Shown: piece by piece, positions 1 through 6,795 of the stretch | How positions within the stretch are numbered: the first letter of the stretch is position 1 | Layout: each line of letters starts with the position of its first letter | Virus record (IMG/VR): IMGVR_UViG_3300045988_036390 | Length of the DNA: 41,191 nt | Reading direction: 5' to 3' (one strand) | Origin: a virus | The notes under the pieces: model-generated | What the model was told of the DNA's origin: nothing | Database searches by the model: none | Seen by the model: the letters and a program-made list of their open reading frames with translations, nothing else | Program-made: the position numbers and the translations under genes

Positions 1-55
1 CCGGAGCTGCCGATCTGCGCGCCATCGCCGGAGCTGCCGATCTGCGCGCCATCGC
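1..55. repeat. Terminal direct repeat: first 55 nt are identical to last 55 nt (41137..41191), consistent with a circular assembly overlap
   Basis: Compared by eye base by base. ccggagctgccgatctgcgcgccatcgccggagctgccgatctgcgcgccatcgc occurs at both ends. The sequence diverges after position 55 (taacatc). Confidence 0.9.
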
Positions 56-434
56 TAACATCAACATCTTCCGGTTTCGGCATCTCCTTTATCGTTTTTT
101 CATAAAGGAAATCAACGCAAGCTTGTATGAAGCCCTTAAAGCCAAGCTTGAAACCGATTTTTATCGTGCTCGTCGCGAACTTTCGTCCGTCGTCCGTGAC
201 CGGCTCGTCGATTGCCTCAACCGTCGTGAACTCGCTGAACTGTCCGTCCGGCTGCACAAGCGGATAATAGTCAAGCGTGTCAAACGGGTTGACGCAGTAG
301 TGCGTAACACCGGAGCAGCAGATACCGTGACCGTTTTTCTTATAAACGGTATCCTCTTCGTACTTATGCCCACGGCATATCAAGCCGGGATTGTATGCTT
401 TGTAACCTTTCTCGTTCATTGTTGACTTACCCAT
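1..434 (-). CDS. Hypothetical phage protein, N-terminal part (Cys/His-rich globular domain, then GDGAQIGSS nonapeptide repeats); open at the window edge and continues in frame at 41191
   Basis: Own minus-strand translation from ATG 432-434 (alternative ATG 417-419) gives MGKSTMNEKGYKAYNPGLICRGHKYEEDTVYKKNGHGICCSGVTHYCVNPFDTLDYYPLV...FLYEKTIKEMPKPEDVDVSDGAQIGSSGDGAQIGSS, with no stop before position 1. It is absent from the ORF track because it runs off the edge. The N-terminal pattern resembles the phage KAF..CRG.Y...C..G.H.C..P.D..YY domain (DUF7666-like, recalled from memory). Confidence 0.6.
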   Translation of the reverse strand, partial: MGKSTMNEKGYKAYNPGLICRGHKYEEDTVYKKNGHGICCSGVTHYCVNPFDTLDYYPLVQPDGQFSEFTTVEAIDEPVTDDGRKFATSTIKIGFKLGFKGFIQACVDFLYEKTIKEMPKPEDVDVSDGAQIGSSGDGAQIGSS

Positions 435-507
435 CCTTTTCGTTTATAATTAAGTTTGTTGATATACCCATCGCCGCTTTCCGATCTGCTTATCGGGGGC
501 GGCATTT

Positions 508-744
508 TCAATGCCTGTGAATCTTCGTGCCGTCCGGCATGATGAAGAAATCCGCGTCCGTAGCCGGTGTGTAACGCTTGCCGTCAAGCTTCCCGGCTTT
601 GTCCATGTCAGCCCACCCGTAGGACTGCGCGATCTCGCGTATCTCGTTGGCGCGTTCGGTGATGATGTCGAGGTAGACGATCACGGCAAACAGCGTCAAG
701 ACGAGAGCGCCGACGATCAGGACACTTAATGTCTCTATGCTCAT
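508..744 (-). CDS. Small membrane protein (one TM helix), early operon
   Basis: ORF track 508..762. The internal ATG at 744 is preceded by AGGAGG (ggcaggaggcagggaaATG). MSIETLSVLIVGALVLTLFAVIVYL is hydrophobic. Confidence 0.5.
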   Translation of the reverse strand: MSIETLSVLIVGALVLTLFAVIVYLDIITERANEIREIAQSYGWADMDKAGKLDGKRYTPATDADFFIMPDGTKIHRH

Positions 745-878
745 TTCCCTGCCTCCTGCCACGCTCTTTCACTCGCCGTGCTGCGCTCCTCCAGCTCAAG
801 CACTCCCTGACGGAAGAGCACACCGAAGAAGTAGAACACCCCGGCAGTGACCGTCAGCCAGCCTAATACACTATCCAT
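741..878 (-). CDS. Small hydrophobic protein (45 aa)
   Basis: Own translation: MDSVLGWLTVTAGVFYFFGVLFRQGVLELEERSTASERAWQEAGK. GGAGAAAG lies upstream. The stop overlaps the next start (ATGA). Below the track length cutoff. Confidence 0.35.
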   Translation of the reverse strand: MDSVLGWLTVTAGVFYFFGVLFRQGVLELEERSTASERAWQEAGK

Positions 879-1050
879 ATCTTTTCTTTCTCCTTTCCAT
901 TCCCGCGCGTAAGACTTCATCAGCGTCGGGATAATTGTGTTTTCTTATGTACGCTTCCTTTGCTGCGTTCTCGCGTTCCTGCGCTTTGCCCGCCGGGCAG
1001 TCTGCATGACAGCCGATGCGGCGCAGCTCACAGCCCATGCAGGGTGTCAT
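871..1050 (-). CDS. Small Cys-rich protein (59 aa)
   Basis: Own translation: MTPCMGCELRRIGCHADCPAGKAQERENAAKEAYIRKHNYPDADEVLRAGMERRKKRYG. Short overlaps with both neighbours, as in a translationally coupled operon. Confidence 0.35.
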   Translation of the reverse strand: MTPCMGCELRRIGCHADCPAGKAQERENAAKEAYIRKHNYPDADEVLRAGMERRKKRYG

Positions 1051-1244
1051 TTGCCTGTCCTCACAAACCGTATAAACGGCTCACGGAGAACCTTGACGCG
1101 GTTGCCGCTCTGTATTGCCGGAAACTCAAGCTTGCCCTCTTTGAATTTCACGTTGATATCATAGGGCTTGCAGCCGATGACGCTTGCGGCCTCCTGCGGT
1201 GTTAACGTGGCCTTGTCCATAGCCTCGATGTCGTCAATGGTCAC
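1047..1244 (-). CDS. Small HTH DNA-binding protein (excisionase/AlpA-like)
   Basis: 65 aa with a GTG start. ATLTPQEAASVIGCKPYDINVKFKEGKLEFPAIQSGNRVKV resembles HTH_17/excisionase-type proteins. Confidence 0.5.
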   Translation of the reverse strand: MTIDDIEAMDKATLTPQEAASVIGCKPYDINVKFKEGKLEFPAIQSGNRVKVLREPFIRFVRTGK

Positions 1245-1381
1245 TCTTTGTCCTCCCTTTCCTTTTTCAGCCCGTCAAGTCTGCCCTGTAAGTACCCGCG
1301 CACGTAATCCGCGCCGTCGGGCGGTATCTGCTTCAGACTGTCTATGACTTCCTTTGCGGTTTTCTTTTCCTGTTCGCTCAT
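1241..1381 (-). CDS. Small hypothetical protein (46 aa)
   Basis: Own translation: MSEQEKKTAKEVIDSLKQIPPDGADYVRGYLQGRLDGLKKEREDKE. GGAGGTG RBS. The stop overlaps the GTG of the next gene (GTGA). Confidence 0.35.
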   Translation of the reverse strand: MSEQEKKTAKEVIDSLKQIPPDGADYVRGYLQGRLDGLKKEREDKE

Positions 1382-1385
1382 GTTT

Positions 1386-1598
1386 TCACCTCCCCTGAAT
1401 TTCATCTGTCCAGTCCCTGACCTCCGGCCAGTTGGACGCCATCACGCAGAGCGTGGAATAAACGCCTTGCCACATCGAACGGCGGATATCTTCTATCTCG
1501 GCCTCGGTATATATGTCCGTGGTATACGTCCGCATCCGGCGCTCTACTTCGTCGGCTATGGTCTGAATCTGCTCCTTATTAAATTCAAACTGTTTCAT
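1386..1598 (-). CDS. Hypothetical early protein
   Basis: 70-aa ORF with an AAAGGAGAAG RBS upstream of the ATG. It lies in the same operon as the Cro-like gene. Confidence 0.5.
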   Translation of the reverse strand: MKQFEFNKEQIQTIADEVERRMRTYTTDIYTEAEIEDIRRSMWQGVYSTLCVMASNWPEVRDWTDEIQGR

Positions 1599-1701
1599 TT
1601 TCTCTTCTCCTTTTCATTTGCCCCGCTCCTGAGTTTGTTTCAAGGCCGGTTCCTGTGCGTTTCCAGCAGTTCGCGGGGCTTATAACTTGCCTTTCGGCTT
1701 G

Positions 1702-1890
1702 TTACCTCTCGATTTCAAGTGCCTGTGCTATGGCGGTCGCTATCTTCTCATTCTCACGAACGCCGCACATGAACGCCCGTATGGTGCTTGTGGTATAGCC
1801 GGTCATCTTCGCTATGTCCACATCCGTCAGTCGGCGGATTTTCTTCTGCTCGGCTATCTTGCCTCTGAACAGTTCGTATATGTCGCTCAC
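1702..1890 (-). CDS. Cro-like HTH transcriptional regulator
   Basis: 62 aa. LTDVDIAKMTGYTTSTIRAFMCG is an HTH. It is the first gene downstream of the minus-strand promoter at 2053-2081 and is divergent from the lysogeny genes. Confidence 0.65.
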   Translation of the reverse strand: MSDIYELFRGKIAEQKKIRRLTDVDIAKMTGYTTSTIRAFMCGVRENEKIATAIAQALEIER

Positions 1891-1917
1891 CCCCTCTGCG
1901 TTTTATCAGAGAAAACA

Positions 1918-1946
1918 TTGACAATTCGCGGTAAAAGTTGTATTGT
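1918..1946 (+). promoter_or_regulatory. Sigma-70-like promoter, TTGACA-N17-TATTGT, reading rightward
   Basis: -35 TTGACA at 1918-1923, 17-nt spacer, -10 TATTGT at 1941-1946. The -10 overlaps the palindrome TATTGTGA-N12-TCACAATA (1941-1968). Confidence 0.5.
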
Positions 1947-2052
1947 GAAAGCGCCAACAGTCACAATACGTTCTTGCAGCTTTTTCGGAAAAATCTTTCC
2001 GTTAGGGCTTGGTTTTGTGTTACCTTTTTCGTCTATCAATGTTTACAACGAC

Positions 2053-2081
2053 AGTATAACTCTGATTTCGTAGTTAGTCAA
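2053..2081 (-). promoter_or_regulatory. Sigma-70-like early promoter, TTGACT-N17-TATACT, reading leftward toward the Cro-like gene
   Basis: The reverse complement of 2053-2081 is TTGACT aactacgaaatcagagt TATACT. The spacer carries the operator-like dyad. Confidence 0.6.
2056..2077. promoter_or_regulatory. Operator-like 22-bp dyad, copy 1 (ATAACTCTGATTTCGTAGTTAG)
   Basis: Its first 15 nt are exactly reverse-complemented at 2874-2888. The two 22-mers match at 20 of 22 positions. Confidence 0.55.
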
Positions 2082-2170
2082 TGACTAAAATTCCGTTTTC
2101 GGAGTTTTAGCGCATTAAACAAAAATACAGCCCCGCAATTAGCGGAGCTGTACAAAAAGGAGATATAGAT

Positions 2171-2503
2171 ATGATTGTGATTCCTAAAAGCGCCAATAAC
2201 ATTCTAAAGGAGTTGAGACATTCTGCTGACGGTTCGTTAACTATTGCTGATCTGGCGGCGAAAACAGGTATACCGTATCAGGAAGCGCAAGACGCGTGTG
2301 AATATCTCGTTGACGTCGGTTTTGCCCGTCGCGGAGAACCGCGCCCACTTTCCAGCGATTACGTTGTTATTACCGCCAAGGGACGGTATAGGTGTTTTTA
2401 CAATTTCAATGCCGGGGTAAACTTTTTTATGAACAGCATCGTTATACCCATCATAGTTTCTGTTGTGTCGGCGATCATCGTCGTATTGGTTCAGAGCGCG
2501 TAA
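2171..2503 (+). CDS. Winged-helix-like protein with a C-terminal TM helix
   Basis: AAGGAGA RBS. LTIADLAAKTGIPYQEAQDACEYLVDVGFARR is wHTH-like. The C-terminal IVIPIIVSVVSAIIVVLV is hydrophobic. Confidence 0.6.
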   Translation: MIVIPKSANNILKELRHSADGSLTIADLAAKTGIPYQEAQDACEYLVDVGFARRGEPRPLSSDYVVITAKGRYRCFYNFNAGVNFFMNSIVIPIIVSVVSAIIVVLVQSA

Positions 2504-2826
2504 GACTCATCCGATACCAAGATGTTTTCTGCGTCTATTCTGAACGAGCCGTATCCATATCTTTGCTGTGTGTAATTTTGCACTGTCCACTCGGATTTTT
2601 CAAAATCTGAGCAGCTTACGTCTTTTCTGCAAGCAATGGCAAATGTGCGGCCTTTGGCGACATATACAAGGCAATGTTTACAACCGGTACATTCAACGCC
2701 CTTTAATGGTAGCATACCCTTTTCTGTTGCGTTTTTTATCGCTTCGTTAAGCCCCATCTCATAAGCAAGCTTGTCCTCAAGTTCCCTGATTCTTTCTTCG
2801 TACTGTCTTTTTTCTGTGCGCGTCAT
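2491..2826 (-). CDS. Hypothetical protein (N-terminal coiled coil, Cys cluster)
   Basis: ORF track 2491..2892. The ATG at 2826 has a GAAAGGAG RBS and lies downstream of the promoter at 2864-2892. Starts MTRTEKRQYEERIRELEDKL. Contains CTGCKHC...C...C. Its 3' end overlaps the convergent gene 2171..2503 by 13 nt. Confidence 0.5.
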   Translation of the reverse strand: MTRTEKRQYEERIRELEDKLAYEMGLNEAIKNATEKGMLPLKGVECTGCKHCLVYVAKGRTFAIACRKDVSCSDFEKSEWTVQNYTQQRYGYGSFRIDAENILVSDESYAL

Positions 2827-2863
2827 CGTTTGTTCTCCTTTCAATTTATATTCTGGTATAGCT

Positions 2864-2892
2864 ATTATAACTCCGAAATCAGAGTTATGCAA
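2864..2892 (-). promoter_or_regulatory. Sigma-70-like promoter, TTGCAT-N17-TATAAT, reading leftward
   Basis: The reverse complement of 2864-2892 is TTGCAT aactctgatttcggagt TATAAT. The spacer is the second copy of the dyad. Confidence 0.6.
2867..2888. promoter_or_regulatory. Operator-like 22-bp dyad, copy 2 (ATAACTC-N8-GAGTTAT)
   Basis: Perfect 7-bp arms. It is the inverted copy of the element at 2056-2077. Confidence 0.55.
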
Positions 2893-2914
2893 CTACTTTC
2901 AGCGAGGTGCAATT

Positions 2915-3214
2915 ATGTTCATCGATGTTCTTGAAAATCTATGTAAAGCCAACAACACAACAGTTACAGCCGTTTGTAAAGAACTTGGTATAAGCACATC
3001 AAAGCCTACATCATGGCGCAACGGTTCAACTCCTAATTCAAAGTTCGTGGTAATGTTCGCAGAACATTTTAACGTCACCACAGACTTTCTTCTTGAAATG
3101 GAACACCACGATACGGAATCTACTAAAATGAAGATGCTTAGTCTGATAATGTCGCTGCCCGAAGATAAAGTTGAAGCTCTTTATCAGATAGCAGTTCAAG
3201 CGCTCGCTCTGTAA
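2915..3214 (+). CDS. XRE-family HTH protein
   Basis: The ATG at 2915 follows GAGGTG. MFIDVLENLCKANNTTVTAVCKELGISTSKPTSWRNGSTPNSKFVVMFAEHFNVTTDFLL is a typical Cro/CI-type HTH. Confidence 0.7.
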   Translation: MFIDVLENLCKANNTTVTAVCKELGISTSKPTSWRNGSTPNSKFVVMFAEHFNVTTDFLLEMEHHDTESTKMKMLSLIMSLPEDKVEALYQIAVQALAL

Positions 3215-3391
3215 ACCATTTGAATTGTTCAACGTTCATCTCGCATACCATGTTTATTAGTTTTTCTCGCTTCTTTTCCACTTTTTCTTCTCCTTTTATA
3301 TTTTTCGACAAATTTCACTTGATTTTGACAGCGCAAAGTGTTAACATTTAAGTAGCGTAACAATTTATTCACATTATATTGAAAAGGGGTA

Positions 3392-4033
3392 ATGCCTATG
3401 TATTGTTCGCAATGCGGCGCGCAAGTACCAGACGGCACTAAATTTTGCTCAGAGTGCGGCAAGCCGATGAACAATGAAACCCTTGCTGTGTCTGGTGACT
3501 CTGCGAACTACTCTATCTATCGCGAGACTCGCGGGGCTGGTATGGCAGTAGCCGTGAAGATCATTGTTGATGGTCAGCAGCTCGCTACTGTCGGTTATGG
3601 CAAAACGCAGAATGTAATATTGCCATACGGTCAGCACATTCTAAAGTTGACTTTTCAAGGCAAAAGTGCGGAGCGCGTTATAAATATTCCGCAAGACACG
3701 GGGTGCTCTTTTGGACTCTCAGGGCTGTCATGCACACCCGAATTTACGGCCTCACAGTCCGAGCCGTCTGTCTCCCCGGCAATGGCATATTCCCCGCAAC
3801 CCGCTGTTTCTCAAACCGTCGTTGTTAACAATGTTGTTCACAGCGGCAAGGAAAAGAATAAATGGGTAGCATTCCTGCTTTGCCTATTTCTTGGGTTTAT
3901 TGGTGCCCATCGCTTCTATGAGGGGAAAGTCGGCACCGGCATACTCTATTTGTTTACGGCGGGTTTATTCGGCGTTGGTGCTCTCATTGATCTGATTATC
4001 ATTCTTTGTAAGCCCAATCCGTACTACGTGTAA
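3392..4033 (+). CDS. Zinc-ribbon / TM2-domain membrane protein
   Basis: N-terminal [20 protein letters not shown] zinc ribbon. C-terminal [48 protein letters not shown] matches the TM2 domain pattern. Confidence 0.75.
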   Translation: MPMYCSQCGAQVPDGTKFCSECGKPMNNETLAVSGDSANYSIYRETRGAGMAVAVKIIVDGQQLATVGYGKTQNVILPYGQHILKLTFQGKSAERVINIPQDTGCSFGLSGLSCTPEFTASQSEPSVSPAMAYSPQPAVSQTVVVNNVVHSGKEKNKWVAFLLCLFLGFIGAHRFYEGKVGTGILYLFTAGLFGVGALIDLIIILCKPNPYYV

Positions 4034-4204
4034 GTAAACGCCCCGGCATTGGCGGCAACCTCTGCCGGGGCTGTAACAGATATCCTTGTAAACCGACTTA
4101 TCTGCTACGCCTTTATAGTAGCAGACCCAGCGAAAAATATCTATACGGATAAGTCGTTAAAACAGATTTATATTTCATTAAAAATTTTCGAGGAGATGTA
4201 AAAA

Positions 4205-4750
4205 GTGTCTGCTATTCAGGAATTGCAGCCGTATTGTGACGCTTTTCAAGGTCGAATACGTGAGGCCAAGGATAGTAAGGGCTACACTCTGCAAAGGCTG
4301 ATCGACGAATCCGGCGTACCGAAATCGGCGGTAAACAATATCAGCGCCGGGAAACAGGTCAATCCCTTGCTGTACAACGCCGCCGCGCTGTGCAAGGTGC
4401 TTGACCTGTCGCTGGATGAGCTTTTCGGTCTTGAGAAGCCCGTTGACAGTCCAGAGGGGCAGTTACAACGCATTCATGAGTTGGAAATCGACAACACCCG
4501 GCTCACCACCGTTGATGAGCAAAAGGACAAGCGGCTCGAAACCGCCCGTATTATTGTCGGCGTTCTCGCTACCGTGTCCACGCTGCTGCTCTTGGCGGTC
4601 ATAGGTTACATGATTATCGACGCGCACATCCTCAGCGCTGGCCTTTTCCGTTCTGCGGGAGTATCCGTGTTCTTCGTTTTCCTTGTGCTGCTTGTTATTG
4701 CGGCGCTTTCCGCCATCGGCTACGCCTTGCGGTTTTTGTTCAGGAAATAA
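4205..4750 (+). CDS. XRE-family HTH protein with two C-terminal TM helices (candidate prophage repressor)
   Basis: GTG start after GAGGAG. YTLQRLIDESGVPKSAVNNISAGKQVNP is an HTH. IIVGVLATVSTLLLLAVIGYMII and VFFVFLVLLVIAALSAIGYAL are hydrophobic. It sits next to the integrase. Confidence 0.65.
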   Translation: MSAIQELQPYCDAFQGRIREAKDSKGYTLQRLIDESGVPKSAVNNISAGKQVNPLLYNAAALCKVLDLSLDELFGLEKPVDSPEGQLQRIHELEIDNTRLTTVDEQKDKRLETARIIVGVLATVSTLLLLAVIGYMIIDAHILSAGLFRSAGVSVFFVFLVLLVIAALSAIGYALRFLFRK

Positions 4751-4755
4751 AAATA

Positions 4756-4787
4756 GCCCCCAGTCGTTAGACCGGGGGCGTTGTTAT
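4756..4787 (+). terminator. Hairpin (GCCCCC/GGGGGC) followed by GTTGTTAT
   Basis: Seen directly after the stop at 4750. The U-tract is imperfect. Confidence 0.4.
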
Positions 4788-4798
4788 AGGGTGATGTT

Positions 4799-5935
4799 AT
4801 GCAATGCCGAAAATGTAAAGAAGAGATCCCCGACATAAGCAAATACTGTATGTTTTGCGGTGCAAAGCAGCAATCAGAGCCGCGCACGGTTAAGAGCCGG
4901 GGAAATGGTATGGGCACGGTCTACAAGCGCGGAAAGACGTGGACGGCAAAGGTGACAATAGACTATGCGACCGGGAGTGACGGTGTGTCGCGCCCCGCCT
5001 CGCGCACTAAGGGCGGCTTTAAGACAAAGAAAGAAGCGGTAAACTATTTACCTGTCTTGAAGCTCACGCCGCGCGAGAAGCCCAAACAGGCGACGTTCAA
5101 GCAAATCTATGAGGCATGGCTACCAACGCACCGCGCCGGGAAGTCTACAATGGATTGTTACAAGGCGGCGTATAAATATTTCGCGCCGGTCTATCGGCTC
5201 TTTATCTCGGATATAGACATTGACGATCTGCAAGACTGCCTCGACGAGTGCAACAAAGGGCGGCGCACAAAAGAGAACATGAAAGCCCTATGCGGCTTGC
5301 TCTATAAATTTGCCATCCCCCGGCACTACGTCACACTTAACATGGGGCAGTACCTCACCGTGAGCGGCGACAGCGGTACGAAAAACGCGCTGCCGGATGA
5401 TGCTATACCTAAGCTTGAGAAGCACGCAGACGGCGTTTTCGGCGCGTCTATCGTGCTGTGCCAATGTTACCTTGGCTTTCGCCCTGCCGAGTTTGTAACG
5501 CTCGACGCGGCGAATTACAACAGCAAAGAGCGGGCATTTATCGGCGGCGCTAAAACAGAGGCCGGGACGGATCGCACTGTCACCGTCTCCCCGAAGATTC
5601 AGAAATACATTGACAAGGCCATGCAGGGCAAAACCAGCGGCGCGGTGTTCACCGATGAGTACGGGAAGCCGTTCACGACCTCACGATATCGTGACCTGTT
5701 TTATTCCGTGCTTGATAAATGCGGCATAGACAATCCCATCGTCGAGCGCGACGGGAAGAAATTTTACACCTATACTCCGCACAGCTGCCGTCACACATTC
5801 GCAACGCTTATGAAACGTGTCGACGGAGCAGATCGTGACAAACTCGCCCTCATCGGCCACACAAGTGATGAAATGCTGCGGCATTATCAGGACGTAAACT
5901 ATGCGGATTTGAGGAAGATAACAGATGCACTATGA
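4799..5935 (+). CDS. int: Tyrosine recombinase (integrase) with an N-terminal zinc ribbon
   Basis: CRKCKEEIPDISKYCMFCG at the N-terminus. C-terminal HSCRHTFATLM...ALIGHTSDEMLRHY gives the R..HxxR..Y catalytic pattern. It sits next to the attP-like region. Confidence 0.9.
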   Translation: MQCRKCKEEIPDISKYCMFCGAKQQSEPRTVKSRGNGMGTVYKRGKTWTAKVTIDYATGSDGVSRPASRTKGGFKTKKEAVNYLPVLKLTPREKPKQATFKQIYEAWLPTHRAGKSTMDCYKAAYKYFAPVYRLFISDIDIDDLQDCLDECNKGRRTKENMKALCGLLYKFAIPRHYVTLNMGQYLTVSGDSGTKNALPDDAIPKLEKHADGVFGASIVLCQCYLGFRPAEFVTLDAANYNSKERAFIGGAKTEAGTDRTVTVSPKIQKYIDKAMQGKTSGAVFTDEYGKPFTTSRYRDLFYSVLDKCGIDNPIVERDGKKFYTYTPHSCRHTFATLMKRVDGADRDKLALIGHTSDEMLRHYQDVNYADLRKITDAL

Positions 5936-6074
5936 TGTTGATAACGGCGTTGATAGTTTTTCTTGAATAGGCTCTTGAAGAGCCATATTTTGATACCTTT
6001 CTATTATCAACCTACTATCAACAAAAGCCCGCAAACCGTTGAAAATAGGTGCATTTTTCGTGAATGGCATTCAA

Positions 6075-6108
6075 GAGGTCAGCGGTTCGATCCCGCTTAT
6101 CTCCACCA
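6075..6108 (+). other. 3' fragment of a tRNA gene (T-arm, acceptor 3' strand, CCA); probable attP core
   Basis: AGCGG TTCGATC CCGCT TATCTCC A CCA at 6081-6108. No matching 5' acceptor strand (GGAGATA) lies upstream, so it is not a complete tRNA. Confidence 0.6.
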
Positions 6109-6111
6109 AAA

Positions 6112-6156
6112 ATGACAGGATTTACGAAGTTTTTTGCGAATCCTGTCATTTTTTTA
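6112..6156 (+). terminator. Rho-independent terminator following the tRNA fragment
   Basis: 11-bp stem ATGACAGGATT/AATCCTGTCAT (6112-6122 and 6139-6149), followed by T7. Confidence 0.75.
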
Positions 6157-6204
6157 TTCCGTTCCGTTCTTATCCGTTCCGTTCTATTATCAACGTATTA
6201 TTAA

Positions 6205-6241
6205 CACAAATTCGGCAAAGGCCGGGGATTGTCCCCGGCCT
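6205..6241 (-). terminator. Terminator hairpin after the last cargo gene
   Basis: 9-bp GC stem AGGCCGGGG/CCCCGGCCT (6219-6241). On the minus strand it is followed by TTGCCGAATTTGTGTT. It begins 5 nt after the stop at 6247. Confidence 0.55.
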
Positions 6242-6246
6242 CCGGC

Positions 6247-6795
6247 TTAGTCTACGACGCACTCATAATATCTTATGAGCTTATCGTCTGCTGCGTCCTT
6301 GTCGCAGAGGAACGCTTCGGCAAGATCGGCGTAGAACTCTGTGTTGTTGACGTTGAACTTCTTTGCAACCTTGAAATAGTCAGAGTATAGCATATTCATT
6401 GCAACATAGAACTCTATCGGATCGCAGTCGTATTTCTTCTGACTAAGAAGATTTGACGTCTGATCGTAGCTCCAATGTGCGCCCCTGCTGCCGTCCTCAT
6501 TTTCAAGATCGTGCATCCATTCGTCCGCCATCTCGCGGCTCATGCCGTTGTACATACTGCCGCCGCCATAACCACGCTCATAGTCCCCGCCATAGCTTAC
6601 CGGATCACCCATGCGCGGTGCATCGTAGTCAAAGCCTATTCTGCGGCGCTCATAGTAATCATCCCGGTAGTTGTCGCGGTATTCATTGCGCGGCGCGTAA
6701 CGGCCATTGTCGTAATGCTCGCGCCCCCGGCGGTCACGGTATTTGTCCTGCGGCTGATAGTCGCGGATTCTCATTATGCGGTCGGTTCTGCTCAT
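6247..6795 (-). CDS. Hypothetical cargo protein: Arg/Asp/Tyr-rich N-terminus plus a conserved-looking C-terminal domain
   Basis: AGGAGGTG RBS. N-terminus RDYQPQDKYRDRRGREHYDNGRYAPRNEYRDNYRDDYYERRR. C-terminus ADEWMHDLENEDGSRGAHWSYDQT...AMNMLYSDYFKVAKKF. Confidence 0.6.
   Translation of the reverse strand: MSRTDRIMRIRDYQPQDKYRDRRGREHYDNGRYAPRNEYRDNYRDDYYERRRIGFDYDAPRMGDPVSYGGDYERGYGGGSMYNGMSREMADEWMHDLENEDGSRGAHWSYDQTSNLLSQKKYDCDPIEFYVAMNMLYSDYFKVAKKFNVNNTEFYADLAEAFLCDKDAADDKLIRYYECVVD

Larger units (their letters stand above)
5937..6205. other. attP-like region: TATCAAC arm-type repeats on both sides of a tRNA 3' fragment
   Basis: CTATTATCAAC 6001-6011, CTACTATCAAC 6012-6022, CTATTATCAAC 6184-6194, and a degenerate GTATTATTAAC 6195-6205. 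Inverted copies are GTTGATAAC 5937-5945 and GTTGATAGT 5949-5957. There is also a direct repeat TCCGTTCCGTTCT at about 6158-6185. Confidence 0.6.

Noticed and set aside
123-425. Plus-strand 100-aa ORF and minus-strand 70-aa ORF (161..373) from the track
   Set aside because: A third frame on the minus strand is open from 434 to position 1. It has domain-like sequence and continues into the repeat protein. The two track ORFs are Arg/Ser-rich shadows.
3229-3474. 81-aa minus-strand ORF
   Set aside because: It overlaps the start of the well-supported zinc-ribbon/TM2 gene and covers an AT-rich intergenic region that looks like a promoter. No RBS is visible.
4094-4156. Nested inverted repeats (CGACTTATC...GATAAGTCG around TCTGCTAC-N9-GTAGCAGA) upstream of the XRE-TM gene
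   Set aside because: They are real in the sequence and could be an operator or an RNA structure. There is no second copy elsewhere, no clear promoter context and no T-tract, so no function can be supported.
6039-6278. 79-aa plus-strand ORF
   Set aside because: It runs through the tRNA fragment, a terminator hairpin and the arm-type repeats of the attP region.
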